DNA of 34,030 nt from an uncultured Myxococcales bacterium (GTDB lineage: Bacteria; Myxococcota_A; UBA9042). Positions within the stretch are counted from its first letter, which is position 1. Each line of letters begins with the position of its first letter. The translations under genes were made by a program, and so were the position numbers. The DNA is taken from NCBI GenBank assembly GCA_937915965.1, contig CALGHC010000248.1, forward strand, positions 1 to 34,030. Direction: 5' to 3'. A model generated the notes under the pieces. The model saw only the letters and a list, made by a program, of their open reading frames with translations. It did not search any database and had not been told where the DNA came from. This document shows, piece after piece, positions 8,125 through 17,142 of this stretch.

Positions 8125-9312
8125 TTGGAAGAGGGAAGGCCACAAGAACATCCCGCGTTGTACGACTTTGACGGCACCGCCGGTCGCCAGCAGGTCGCCG
8201 CCAGCCGTCGGGCCGTCATCAAGATCGGATCGCAGGTTCTCTGCCGACCCGATGGCAGCCTTGACGAGGGCGTCTTCAGCCGGCTGTGCAGCGATCTGCG
8301 CGCTCTGATCGACGGTGGCCGCGAGGTGATCGTCGTCAGCTCGGGGGCGGTCGCTTTGGGGCGGGGTGCGACCGGACAAGGCGCAGGCGCCGCTGACGCG
8401 GGTACGGGGCCACTCGGTAGACAGGCGCTGGCGGCAGTCGGGCAAGGCCTGTTGATGTCGCGCTACCGCGAGCAGATGGCTCCCGCCGGCATCGAAGTCG
8501 CGCAGATTCTGCTCACCCACGCTGACCTGGCAAATCGCCAGCGCTTCATGCACGCGCGCCGCGTTCTGGCCGAACTCGTGGCGGTCGGAATCGTACCAAT
8601 CGTGAACGAAAACGACACAATTGCGGTCGATGAGTTGAAGTTTGGTGACAACGATCAGCTCGCCGCCCAGGTCGCGTTCCTGTGTGGCGCCGACGTGCTC
8701 ATTCTCCTGACCGAGGTCGCGGGGTTGTTTGATGCCGATCCCGCTTTGGTCCCTGACGCTCACCTTGTGGCGGCTGTGGACAGCCGCGCCGAGGCCGCTC
8801 TGGTCGTCGCCGGCGCCGGTACGAGCCTATTCGGTACCGGTGGCATGCAGTCCAAGGTCTTGGCGGCGCGCCGCGCGGGCGAGCTCGGCGTCGTGACGGT
8901 TGTCGCTAGCGGCAAACGGCCCGGCGCGCTCGCCGCGATATTCACTGCCGCTGCCGAGGGCACCATCTTCGTCCCGCCCGGCCGCGAGATGACCGCTCGC
9001 CGCAAATGGATCCTCAGCTCGGCGCGGCCGCGGGGCAGCGTCGTGGTCGACGGCGGCGCCCGCGACGCGCTTCTGCAGCGGGGTTCTTCGCTCCTGGCGG
9101 TGGGGTTGCGGGCAGTAGAGGGGCGATTTTGGGTGGGCGATGCCGTCTGGATTCGGGACAGCCGGGATCAGGTGGTTGGTCGCGGCGTCGTTCGCTACGA
9201 CAGCACCGACCTGCGCCGCGTCATCGGCCTGCAGACGCACGAGATCGCGCCGCGGTTGGGTTGGCTGCCGGCGCGCGAGGTCATCCACCGCGATGACTTC
9301 GTCGCGGAGTGA
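8125..9312 (+). CDS. proB: Glutamate 5-kinase with C-terminal PUA domain
   Basis: VIKIGS, VSSGAV, QALAAVGQ, PIVNENDT, FGDNDQL, GTGGMQSK and the PUA-end motif EVIHRDD. The TTG start is uncertain. Confidence 0.96.
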   Translation: MEEGRPQEHPALYDFDGTAGRQQVAASRRAVIKIGSQVLCRPDGSLDEGVFSRLCSDLRALIDGGREVIVVSSGAVALGRGATGQGAGAADAGTGPLGRQALAAVGQGLLMSRYREQMAPAGIEVAQILLTHADLANRQRFMHARRVLAELVAVGIVPIVNENDTIAVDELKFGDNDQLAAQVAFLCGADVLILLTEVAGLFDADPALVPDAHLVAAVDSRAEAALVVAGAGTSLFGTGGMQSKVLAARRAGELGVVTVVASGKRPGALAAIFTAAAEGTIFVPPGREMTARRKWILSSARPRGSVVVDGGARDALLQRGSSLLAVGLRAVEGRFWVGDAVWIRDSRDQVVGRGVVRYDSTDLRRVIGLQTHEIAPRLGWLPAREVIHRDDFVAE

Positions 9313-9318
9313 AGGTCC

Positions 9319-10134
9319 ATGTGCACGGTCGCCCTGATTCTTCTGCCTGACGGCACCCTACTTGGTGGCATGAACCGCGACGAGCGGCCGATTCGCCAAC
9401 GTGGTATCGCGCCAACCCTTCATCAGCACAGCGGGGTCACCGCGCTCTGGCCGACGGACACCGACGCTGGCGGCACCTGGATGGCCGCCACCGATCAGGG
9501 CCTGCTGTTCTTCTTGCTCAACCACTACCAGGCCGCCGCCCGCTGGCAGCCCACCGCGCCGTTGAGTCGCGGCAGCCTGATCCCGTCGCTGATCGCGGCG
9601 AGAGATCTCGATCAGGTGGACGCCAGGCTGCGCAGCAGTCCAGGAGCCGTGATCGATCGCCTACGCCCGTTTGTCCTCGTTGCGGCCCACGCCGTCGCCC
9701 ATCGACCAGACCATGGCGCGACAATCGCAGCGCAGACTTGGTGTTGGGACGGCGTCAACCTGGTCGGCGAGTCGGCTTCGTCGCCCTGGCTGTGGACCTC
9801 GAGCGGCGTTGATCCAGAGGCCGCCCACGTCGCGCGTCTCGCCGCCTGGTTGCCGCCGCGTGCGGGCATCCTGGCGGCGCCGTCGCGCCGTCATGCCGAC
9901 TCCGTGCTGCGTGCATATTTCGCGGGTCATCGCCCCGAGCGCGGCCCTGTCTCGGCCTGTATGCATCGACCCGAGGCCAACACCGTCAGCCACGGTCGTG
10001 TCCACGTCGACGCCCGACGGGTCGCGATGTGCTACACCGATGGGGCGCCCTGCGAGACCGCCGACGGCGGCTGGCAGACCTTCGCCCGAGCGCCCGAGTC
10101 GGTGGTGACAACTCGCAATGGAATAGATCAGTGA
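9319..10134 (+). CDS. NRDE/TANGO2 family protein
   Basis: N-terminal MCT, followed by NRDE, AGGTW, LLN and SRGSL motifs. Confidence 0.88.
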   Translation: MCTVALILLPDGTLLGGMNRDERPIRQRGIAPTLHQHSGVTALWPTDTDAGGTWMAATDQGLLFFLLNHYQAAARWQPTAPLSRGSLIPSLIAARDLDQVDARLRSSPGAVIDRLRPFVLVAAHAVAHRPDHGATIAAQTWCWDGVNLVGESASSPWLWTSSGVDPEAAHVARLAAWLPPRAGILAAPSRRHADSVLRAYFAGHRPERGPVSACMHRPEANTVSHGRVHVDARRVAMCYTDGAPCETADGGWQTFARAPESVVTTRNGIDQ

Positions 10135-11777
10135 GTCCCAGCCGCCAAAACTCGACGGCCACTCGGCTTGCGAACGCTGCCTCTTGCCTGCAGCCGGCAC
10201 GCGCCTCGCTTTGGCGCAAGCGGAGGCGGACGGGCTGCGCGCTGATTGGTTGCATCTTGGTTACGTTTTCAATGGGTTGTGGCGATGAGAGCGCAGCTTC
10301 TTCCGACATCGACCTCGCAGACGTGGTCGCCGAAGACGGCAGCGCTAGCGGCAGCGGTCACGCCGTGCTGACCCTGGTCGCGCCCACGGGGCACCCTGGG
10401 CTGTGGCCGCTCGTTGCCGGTAGCCGCCTGCGTATCGATCGCCTGGTGGGAGCGGCCGCGCCGACAAACCTGCTTGACGCCGACGCGCCGCAATCAACCC
10501 TGCGCGTCGCGCCCGATCCCGCCCAGGCGACCGCGTTTCGGGCCGAGGTGGTCACAGCCGATGGCGTGGTGGCCGCGCGAGGGCGCTCCGTCGAGGTCTT
10601 GCTTGCTCCCGACGATCCGGATCGCCCTTTGACCGTCTTCTTGTTGCCGCCACGCGCGATCGTGCCGATGACCGATGCGCTCGGCGTCTCGGTGGCGGTC
10701 ACGGGCCGGCTCGGCGGCACGGTCACCTCGATGAGCGACGGCGGTATCGTCCTCGCTGGCGGCGCCGCCTACGCGGGCGGACCACCTTGTAGCCGGCAGG
10801 CCGTCGGTTCTGCCCTCTCCAGCGTCGATCGAATCGACGTCGCCAACCACAAGGTCAGCGAGCTTGGACCACTTCTTGAGGCGCGCAGCCTGCACGCGGC
10901 CGTCGCGACGAGCGCGACCCGTCTGGTGCTCTTGGGCGGCCGCGGCGCGACAGGCGATGCGCTGGCGAGCGTCGAGTGGCTGCGAACCAACGATGGCTCG
11001 GTCAGCGCCGCCAAGTTCGCGCTGTCGGTACCGCGTGAACGGCCATGCGCAGTCCGGGCAGGTGACCGCATCGTCGTCGCCGGCGGCGAAGGTTCCAGCG
11101 GTGGTACTGTCGAGCTGTGGGATCCGGGCGCCGGACCGATCGCCACGACCGGTCTGAGCAGCCCACGCAGCCAGCCGGCTTGCGCGGCCATGACCGACCC
11201 CGTCGATGGCAGCACGTTGGTATTCGTCGTCGGCGGCGACGGCAAGCCCATGCCGGGAGTCGCCGAGGTCATCCGCGTCGCCGGTGACCAGCTCGTTTGG
11301 GAGGGAACCGTCGCGCTCGCGACCACCGCCACTGCACGTGGTGTGGTGGTCGCCTGGCCGGCGCGTCAGTCGCTGCTGCTTGCCGGCGGTTTTGCTGGTT
11401 GGGACGGCGCGGCGCCGACCGCGACCGCTTGGCAGTTCGGGCTGTACGGTAGCGCGACCGGGCCACTGCCCGGATTGACGGCCGCGCGCGGCTGCGCAGG
11501 CGGCGCCCTGATTGAGGGGGGCCATCTCGTAGTTGCTGGCGGCATGGGTGACTCTGGCGAACCCCTTTCGATCGTCGACGTGCTCGTGCTAGACCCACCG
11601 GCGGGCGCGGCAGCGACGTGGCAGGCGAAGCTGTCCAGTCCACGTGCTGATCTGGGCGCGGTGGCGCTGCCCGGTGGGGTGGTCGTCTTCGCCGGGGGCG
11701 TGCAGCTTGTCGCAGGGCTGACAGCCACTGCGACCGATGTGAGCTGGTCGTGGGCCGCCGGTGTCGAACCCCCTTAA
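10131..11777 (+). CDS. Kelch-repeat beta-propeller protein, probable lipoprotein
   Basis: Repeated units of the form R-x-x-H/P..A..hhhhGG (ARSLHAAV..VLLGG, PRERPCA..VVAGG, ARGCAG..VVAGG, PRADLGA..VFAGG). Basic stretch, hydrophobic segment and lipobox-like SMGC. A GTGA overlap with the NRDE stop is assumed; the start is uncertain. Confidence 0.75.
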   Translation: MSPSRQNSTATRLANAASCLQPARASLWRKRRRTGCALIGCILVTFSMGCGDESAASSDIDLADVVAEDGSASGSGHAVLTLVAPTGHPGLWPLVAGSRLRIDRLVGAAAPTNLLDADAPQSTLRVAPDPAQATAFRAEVVTADGVVAARGRSVEVLLAPDDPDRPLTVFLLPPRAIVPMTDALGVSVAVTGRLGGTVTSMSDGGIVLAGGAAYAGGPPCSRQAVGSALSSVDRIDVANHKVSELGPLLEARSLHAAVATSATRLVLLGGRGATGDALASVEWLRTNDGSVSAAKFALSVPRERPCAVRAGDRIVVAGGEGSSGGTVELWDPGAGPIATTGLSSPRSQPACAAMTDPVDGSTLVFVVGGDGKPMPGVAEVIRVAGDQLVWEGTVALATTATARGVVVAWPARQSLLLAGGFAGWDGAAPTATAWQFGLYGSATGPLPGLTAARGCAGGALIEGGHLVVAGGMGDSGEPLSIVDVLVLDPPAGAAATWQAKLSSPRADLGAVALPGGVVVFAGGVQLVAGLTATATDVSWSWAAGVEPP

Positions 11778-11813
11778 GGCCAATGGCGACGAACAAGGCC
11801 AATGGCGAGGAAG
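11776..11813. repeat. 19-bp tandem duplication starting at the Kelch gene stop
   Basis: aaggccaatggcgacgaac / aaggccaatggcgaggaag. Confidence 0.8.
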
Positions 11814-11895
11814 GATGCCCGGCGGCGACGAACGATTCCCGGTGGCGATGAAGCGATCATCCCGACATGCCCCGCAGGTGCAGACGGAGAGGAAG

Positions 11896-12882
11896 ATGAG
11901 ATTGCCGGACCGCGTAGTGCTGATCCTCGCCGTGCTGGTCGCGCTCGGCAGCGGCCTGTGGTGGTTGCTTGGCCGCGGCCCCGCGCAAGTCCCGCCCTCC
12001 GACGCCTCGACGGCGCAGGTGCCCGAGAAGATCGTAGAAGACGCCTCTGTCGCGACCGCCGATCATGCCAACCAGGCAGCGCGGGCATCGGCCGCGGCGC
12101 GCCGACTGCCCGGTACCTGGGTCGACGTGGGCGACCAGTTCGCCGGCGAGGGACGCCCATTGATGATCGGCCTGCACGGCCGGGGAGACACTGCCGCTCA
12201 CTTCGCTGGCATCGCGGCACGCATGGGTCCGGGCGCGAACTGGCGCTTCCTGGAGGGGCCGGCGCGCTTTCGGGACGGCGCCGCGTGGTTCAGCCGCAAA
12301 GAGGGCGCGGGCGCCGCCACCGAGATGGAGCGCGCTGTCGAGTTGATCCGCAGTCACGCCGCGGACGCCCGAGGCCGGCCGCTGGCCCTTGTCGGATTCT
12401 CGCAGGGCTGCATGACCGCCCTGCAGGTGGTGCTCGCCCATCCCCGCTTGATCGACGCGGTCGTTTGCATCGGCGGTCGGGTGATGCGCGAGCCGCGCAT
12501 GGCCGCAGCACCGCGACGCACCCGCCTGCTGTTTGTCCACGGCGCCGCGGACTCAGTGGTGCCGATCGCTGACGCGCGGCGCGCCATCCAGATCATGGAG
12601 AATCGCGGCTTCATGACCGAGATCATCGAGCACGCGGGCGGCCACGAGATCCCGACCGCCGAGATGGACCGCATCGCTCGTTGGTTGGCCGAGCGCCTCG
12701 CGGCGAGCCCGAGCGCCAAATCAGGCGCCGCCGCGCCGCCGTCCAGTCCTCGTCCGACCGGCTCCGAATCAGGCGCCGCGTCCCAAGGCCGATTGCGTCC
12801 AGTGATGCCGGGGCGCGCGACGACTCCGCCGCCAGATGGGCCCCGCCCAGCGGCGCGTGCGCCGGCCGCCGCGAGGCCGTAG
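11896..12882 (+). CDS. Phospholipase/carboxylesterase family alpha/beta hydrolase, N-terminally anchored
   Basis: LHGRG oxyanion motif, nucleophile GFSQG, HGAADSVV (Asp) and GGHEI (His). N-terminal TM helix and a Pro/Ala/Ser-rich tail. ATG 11896 follows GGAGAGGA. Confidence 0.87.
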   Translation: MRLPDRVVLILAVLVALGSGLWWLLGRGPAQVPPSDASTAQVPEKIVEDASVATADHANQAARASAAARRLPGTWVDVGDQFAGEGRPLMIGLHGRGDTAAHFAGIAARMGPGANWRFLEGPARFRDGAAWFSRKEGAGAATEMERAVELIRSHAADARGRPLALVGFSQGCMTALQVVLAHPRLIDAVVCIGGRVMREPRMAAAPRRTRLLFVHGAADSVVPIADARRAIQIMENRGFMTEIIEHAGGHEIPTAEMDRIARWLAERLAASPSAKSGAAAPPSSPRPTGSESGAASQGRLRPVMPGRATTPPPDGPRPAARAPAAARP

Positions 12883-13140
12883 AGCGTCGATCAGCGCGCC
12901 GATCAGCGCGCCGCCTGTCGGTTCAGGTTCGATCTAGCGCGATTCACGCTTTACTACTCTCTGGCGCGGGCTTGTGAAGACTTGTCCAGCGTCAAGATTG
13001 TGCCCTTGAGCGCGCGGAGGCAGGCGGGTAGGGTTCGCTGCAGCGAGCCGCCCAGCACCCGGCACCGGCTCATCGCGTGCCGCGCGTCCCCGTCCGCTCG
13101 CCCTCCCATTGCCCACTACCTGCCCACTACGAGGTCGACC

Positions 13141-15549
13141 ATGTCCCAGACCCACCTCCCAAACAGGCGGATTCGCCGCGTTGGTGTCATCGGCGCCGGC
13201 GTGATGGGGACCGGCATCGCCGCGCACCTCGCGTCCTGCGGCCTCGAAGTGTTGCTCGTCGATATCGTGGCCAAGAACGCGCCATCCGCGCTGCCGCCAG
13301 GCGATCCTGGTTACGCCACCGTTCATGCCGCCCGCTCCGCGATCATCGCCGAAGGTCTGGCGAAGGCAGGCAAGCTCAAGCCGGCCGCCTTTCAGCGTCG
13401 CGGCGACGCCGGTCGCATCGCCATCGGCAACCTTGAGGACGATCTGGCGGCTCTGGGCAGCTGCGATTGGGTTGTCGAAGCGATCATCGAACGCGCAGAC
13501 ATCAAACAGTCGGTCTTCGCCAGACTCGAGCCGCATCGCGGCGCCGACACGATCATCAGCTCGAACACGTCGGGCATTCCACTCGCCACTCTCGTCGAGG
13601 GGCGCGGCGAGGCGTTTTGCAAGCACTTCATGATCACGCACTTCTTCAACCCGGTGCGCTACATGAAGCTGGTCGAGCTGGTGCCGGGGCCGGCCACCGA
13701 CGCGGCGGTCATCGAGCGCATGGCCAGCTTCTGCCAGGACGATCTCGGCAAGGGTGTTGTGTTCGCGAAGGATACCGTGAACTTCATCGCCAACCGTATC
13801 GGTGTGCATGGCCTGATGGTCACGCTGCGCGCCTGGCTGCAGGACGGATATCGGATCGAAGAGATCGACGCTGTCTGCGGCGAGGCCACCGGTCGGCCCA
13901 AGTCGGCGGTATTCCGGCTGGGCGACGTGGTGGGGCTCGACACGCTCGGCCATGTTGCCCGCAACTGCTTTGACAACCTGCCCCATGACGAGGACCGTGA
14001 GCTCTTTGCGATGCCCGAGGTTGTCAGTCAGCTCATCGCGTCGGGTCGGGTCGGTCAGAAGGCCGGCGCGGGCTTCTACAAGAAGGTGGGCAAGGACATT
14101 TTAGTCTTGGACCCGGCGACCCTCGACTACATCGCACCCGTCAAGCCGCTCTTTGATTCGGTCAAACGCGCGAAGCGCATCGAAGACGTTGGCGCGCGGA
14201 TGAAGGCGATGGCCGCGGCCGAGGACCGCGCCGGGTTGCTCGCTTGGAAGACCCTTTCGGCGACACTCGTCTACGCTGCCAACCGACTGGGCGAGATCGC
14301 CGACGACGTCGTCGCGATCGATCGTGCCATGCGCTGGGGCTTCAACTGGGCCCTTGGTCCGTTCGAGACCTGGGACGCCCTGGGTGTCGCCGAAGTGGCA
14401 GCTCGGTTGCGATCAGAAGGTCGGGACGTGCCGGCCGTCGTGCGTGCGATGATCGATCGCGGTGAGACTGGATTCTACGCTGGCGACGCAGCGGCCCCCA
14501 CCCAGCTCAGCGCTGGCGGCGGGTCGGTGGCGGTGCCGCGACTGCCCGGTATTCACCTCAGCGACGTCCGCGCCAGCGGCAACGTGATCGCTGAGAATGA
14601 CAGCGCTCAGCTGCTCGACCTGGGCGACGGCGTCTGGTGCCTCGCCTTCCGCAGCAAGATGAACGCGCTCGACAACGAGATCCTCACTCTTGGCACCAAG
14701 GCCCTCGACGATCTCGACGCCGGCAAGGGCGTCGGTCTGGTCATCGCCAACGACGGACCGAATTTCTCGGTGGGTGCGAACTTGATGTTGATCGCCAGCC
14801 TCGCTAGCGCGGGCCGCTGGGATGACCTCGGCGCGACCGTCAAGGTCTTCCAGGACTTCAACATGCGGTTGAAGTTCGGCAAGGTGCCGGTCGTCGTCGC
14901 ACCTCATCAGATGGCGCTCGGCGGAGGCTGCGAGATCTCGATGCATGGCGTGCGCATGCAGGCTGCCGCGGAGACCTATATGGGTCTGGTCGAGGTCGGG
15001 GTTGGCCTTCTGCCGGCGGCTGGCGGTTGCAAGGAGCTGGTCGTGCGGATGCTCGACAACGTGCCGGCGGTCAGCAAGGTCGACCGGATGCCGCTGCTGC
15101 AGCAGGCGTTCGAGCAGATCGCGATGGCCAAGGTCGCGACTGGCGCCGGCCAGATGCAGGAGATGGGCTTCCTGCGCCCGGTCGATGACTGGAGCGTCGA
15201 CTCGGACCGGCGGATCGGTGATGCCCGTAAGGTTGTCTTGCGCCTCGCCGACGACGGCTGGCGTCCGCCGCTGCCCGCAGACAACCTCGTCCTGCCGGGC
15301 GAGGACGGCATGAGCGCGTTTCAGATGGTGCTGCACGCCTTCCATTGGAGTGGCTGGGCGACACCGCACGACATCGTCGTCGGCACCGCGGTGGCCGAGG
15401 TGCTCTGCGGCGGGCGCAAGGGCGGGCACAAGACCGAGCAAGATCTGCTCGATCTCGAGCGCGACGGCTTCTTGCGTCTCTGCGGCACCGAGGCGACGCG
15501 TCTGCGCATCGAGCACATGCTCAAGACCGGCAAGCCGCTACGCAATTAG
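13141..15549 (+). CDS. fadN: 3-hydroxyacyl-CoA dehydrogenase/enoyl-CoA hydratase (FadN-type domain order: dehydrogenase first)
   Basis: GAGVMG, VEAIIE, SSNTS, HFFNP and NFIANR, then a crotonase part with NFSVGANL, ALGGGCE and GLVEVGVGLLP. C-terminus TGKPLRN. ATG 13141 follows GAGG. Confidence 0.93.
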   Translation: MSQTHLPNRRIRRVGVIGAGVMGTGIAAHLASCGLEVLLVDIVAKNAPSALPPGDPGYATVHAARSAIIAEGLAKAGKLKPAAFQRRGDAGRIAIGNLEDDLAALGSCDWVVEAIIERADIKQSVFARLEPHRGADTIISSNTSGIPLATLVEGRGEAFCKHFMITHFFNPVRYMKLVELVPGPATDAAVIERMASFCQDDLGKGVVFAKDTVNFIANRIGVHGLMVTLRAWLQDGYRIEEIDAVCGEATGRPKSAVFRLGDVVGLDTLGHVARNCFDNLPHDEDRELFAMPEVVSQLIASGRVGQKAGAGFYKKVGKDILVLDPATLDYIAPVKPLFDSVKRAKRIEDVGARMKAMAAAEDRAGLLAWKTLSATLVYAANRLGEIADDVVAIDRAMRWGFNWALGPFETWDALGVAEVAARLRSEGRDVPAVVRAMIDRGETGFYAGDAAAPTQLSAGGGSVAVPRLPGIHLSDVRASGNVIAENDSAQLLDLGDGVWCLAFRSKMNALDNEILTLGTKALDDLDAGKGVGLVIANDGPNFSVGANLMLIASLASAGRWDDLGATVKVFQDFNMRLKFGKVPVVVAPHQMALGGGCEISMHGVRMQAAAETYMGLVEVGVGLLPAAGGCKELVVRMLDNVPAVSKVDRMPLLQQAFEQIAMAKVATGAGQMQEMGFLRPVDDWSVDSDRRIGDARKVVLRLADDGWRPPLPADNLVLPGEDGMSAFQMVLHAFHWSGWATPHDIVVGTAVAEVLCGGRKGGHKTEQDLLDLERDGFLRLCGTEATRLRIEHMLKTGKPLRN

Positions 15550-15603
15550 ACGCTTGGCATCGTTCCATCCATCTACGGTATCTCCGCAATACAGAGGAAG
15601 ACC

Positions 15604-16749
15604 ATGACCTTGCACAACGCTGTGATCGTCGCCGCGGTCCGGACCCCGATGGGGCGCTCGCTCAAGGGTAGCCTCGCCGGTGTTCGTCCCGAGGACCTCG
15701 CCGCAACCGCACTGCGCGGCGCGCTCGCCGCCGTACCCGGCCTTGACCCGCTCGACATTGACGACGTTGTCTTGGGCTGCGCCATGCCCGAGGGCGCTCA
15801 GGGCATGAACGTCGCGCGGGTCGCTGCGCTGATCGCCGGTCTGCCCGTCGAAGTGCCGGCGGTGACGGTCAACCGCTTCTGTTCCAGTGGACTGCAAGCG
15901 ATCGCCCAGGCCGCGGAGCGGATCGCGTCTGGTGGCGCCGACGTGATCATCGCCGGCGGCGTCGAGAGCATGTCGTCGGTGCCCATGGGTGGCTACAAGC
16001 TCACACCGCATCCGGGTCTGATGGATCGCTGGCCCGAGGTCTACATGCCGATGGGCATCACCGGGGAGGAGGTCGCCCAGCGCTACAACGTCTCCCGCGA
16101 GGACCAGGATGCCTTCGCCCTGATCAGTCAGCAGCGCGCGATTGCGGCGATCAACTCCGGTCTGTTCACCGACGAGATCGTCGCCGTCGACACACCGCGC
16201 GGCAAACTTGCGGCGGACGAGTTGCCCCGGCCGGACACGACCGCCGCGGGGTTGGCGAAGCTCAAGGCGGTCTTCAAGATTGGTGGCACGATCACACCTG
16301 GCAACTCGAGCCCCCTCACTGACGGCGCAGCTGCCGTCGTCCTGATGAGCGAGAGCAAGGCCAGGTCGTTGGGGCTCGCGCCGCTGGGCGTCTTTCGCGG
16401 TTTCGCTGTGCGCGGGGTCGCGCCGGAGATCATGGGAATGGGGCCAGTGGCGGCGATACCGCGCCTCCTCGCCCGCACCGGTGTTGCTCTCGCTGACATC
16501 GATCACATCGAACTCAACGAGGCTTTCGCGGCGCAGAGCGTCGCCGTTGTGCGCGAGCTGGGTCTCGAGCCTGACCGCGTCAATCCGCTTGGCGGCGCCA
16601 TTGCGCTGGGGCACCCGCTGGGTTGCACTGGCGCCAAGCTTACGGCGACCGCCCTGCACCAGCTCGCGCGCACCGGCGGTCGCTACGCCATGGTGACGAT
16701 GTGCATCGGCGGCGGAATGGGAGCGGCGGCTCTATTTGAACGAGTCTGA
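15604..16749 (+). CDS. fadA: Acetyl-CoA C-acyltransferase (thiolase)
   Basis: NRFCSSG, NEAFA, GHPLG and CIGGGMG. GAGGA RBS; follows the fadN-like gene. Confidence 0.95.
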   Translation: MTLHNAVIVAAVRTPMGRSLKGSLAGVRPEDLAATALRGALAAVPGLDPLDIDDVVLGCAMPEGAQGMNVARVAALIAGLPVEVPAVTVNRFCSSGLQAIAQAAERIASGGADVIIAGGVESMSSVPMGGYKLTPHPGLMDRWPEVYMPMGITGEEVAQRYNVSREDQDAFALISQQRAIAAINSGLFTDEIVAVDTPRGKLAADELPRPDTTAAGLAKLKAVFKIGGTITPGNSSPLTDGAAAVVLMSESKARSLGLAPLGVFRGFAVRGVAPEIMGMGPVAAIPRLLARTGVALADIDHIELNEAFAAQSVAVVRELGLEPDRVNPLGGAIALGHPLGCTGAKLTATALHQLARTGGRYAMVTMCIGGGMGAAALFERV

Positions 16750-16768
16750 GGCTTCGAGCGGGCCTCAG
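16746..16768 (+). terminator. Stem-loop at the thiolase stop; possible terminator or 3' stabiliser
   Basis: ctgaggc...gcctcag 7-bp stem; no U-tract. Confidence 0.3.
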
Positions 16769-16985
16769 GGAACGCTCGCCCCGTCATCGACGGACCGTCC
16801 GACGCCGCTGTTGCGGCCGAGTGACCGCGCGGATATGGCTGCGGCGCGCGCTGAACGAACGTCGCTGTTTTCGCTTGTGTGCCATCGAATCCTTGACGTC
16901 TGTGGCATCCCTTTGGCAGTTTCGCCATGCGGGGTTCGCGGGGAATCGACCCTTGACGGTGGCAGGTGGTAGACTTGGCCACCGT

Positions 16986-17034
16986 GCTCAACTGAAGATG
17001 CCATGCTCAACTGAAGATGGCTCAACTGAAGATG
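16986..17034. repeat. Three identical 15-bp repeats GCTCAACTGAAGATG
   Basis: Copies at 16986-17000, 17005-17019 and 17020-17034. Confidence 0.92.
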
Positions 17035-17142
17035 CAGCGACATGTGGCCGGAGAAGACGGCGTCCGTCGTCGTGGTGTCTGACGTTGTGTCGTCCCGCGC
17101 ACGAGGTTCTGGACCGAACAGTCGCTCAATCCGGCAGGTCGC

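Noticed and set aside
12934-16659. Long antisense ORFs opposite fadN/fadA (likewise opposite murA and mfd)
   Set aside because: Typical shadow ORFs produced by high-GC codon bias.
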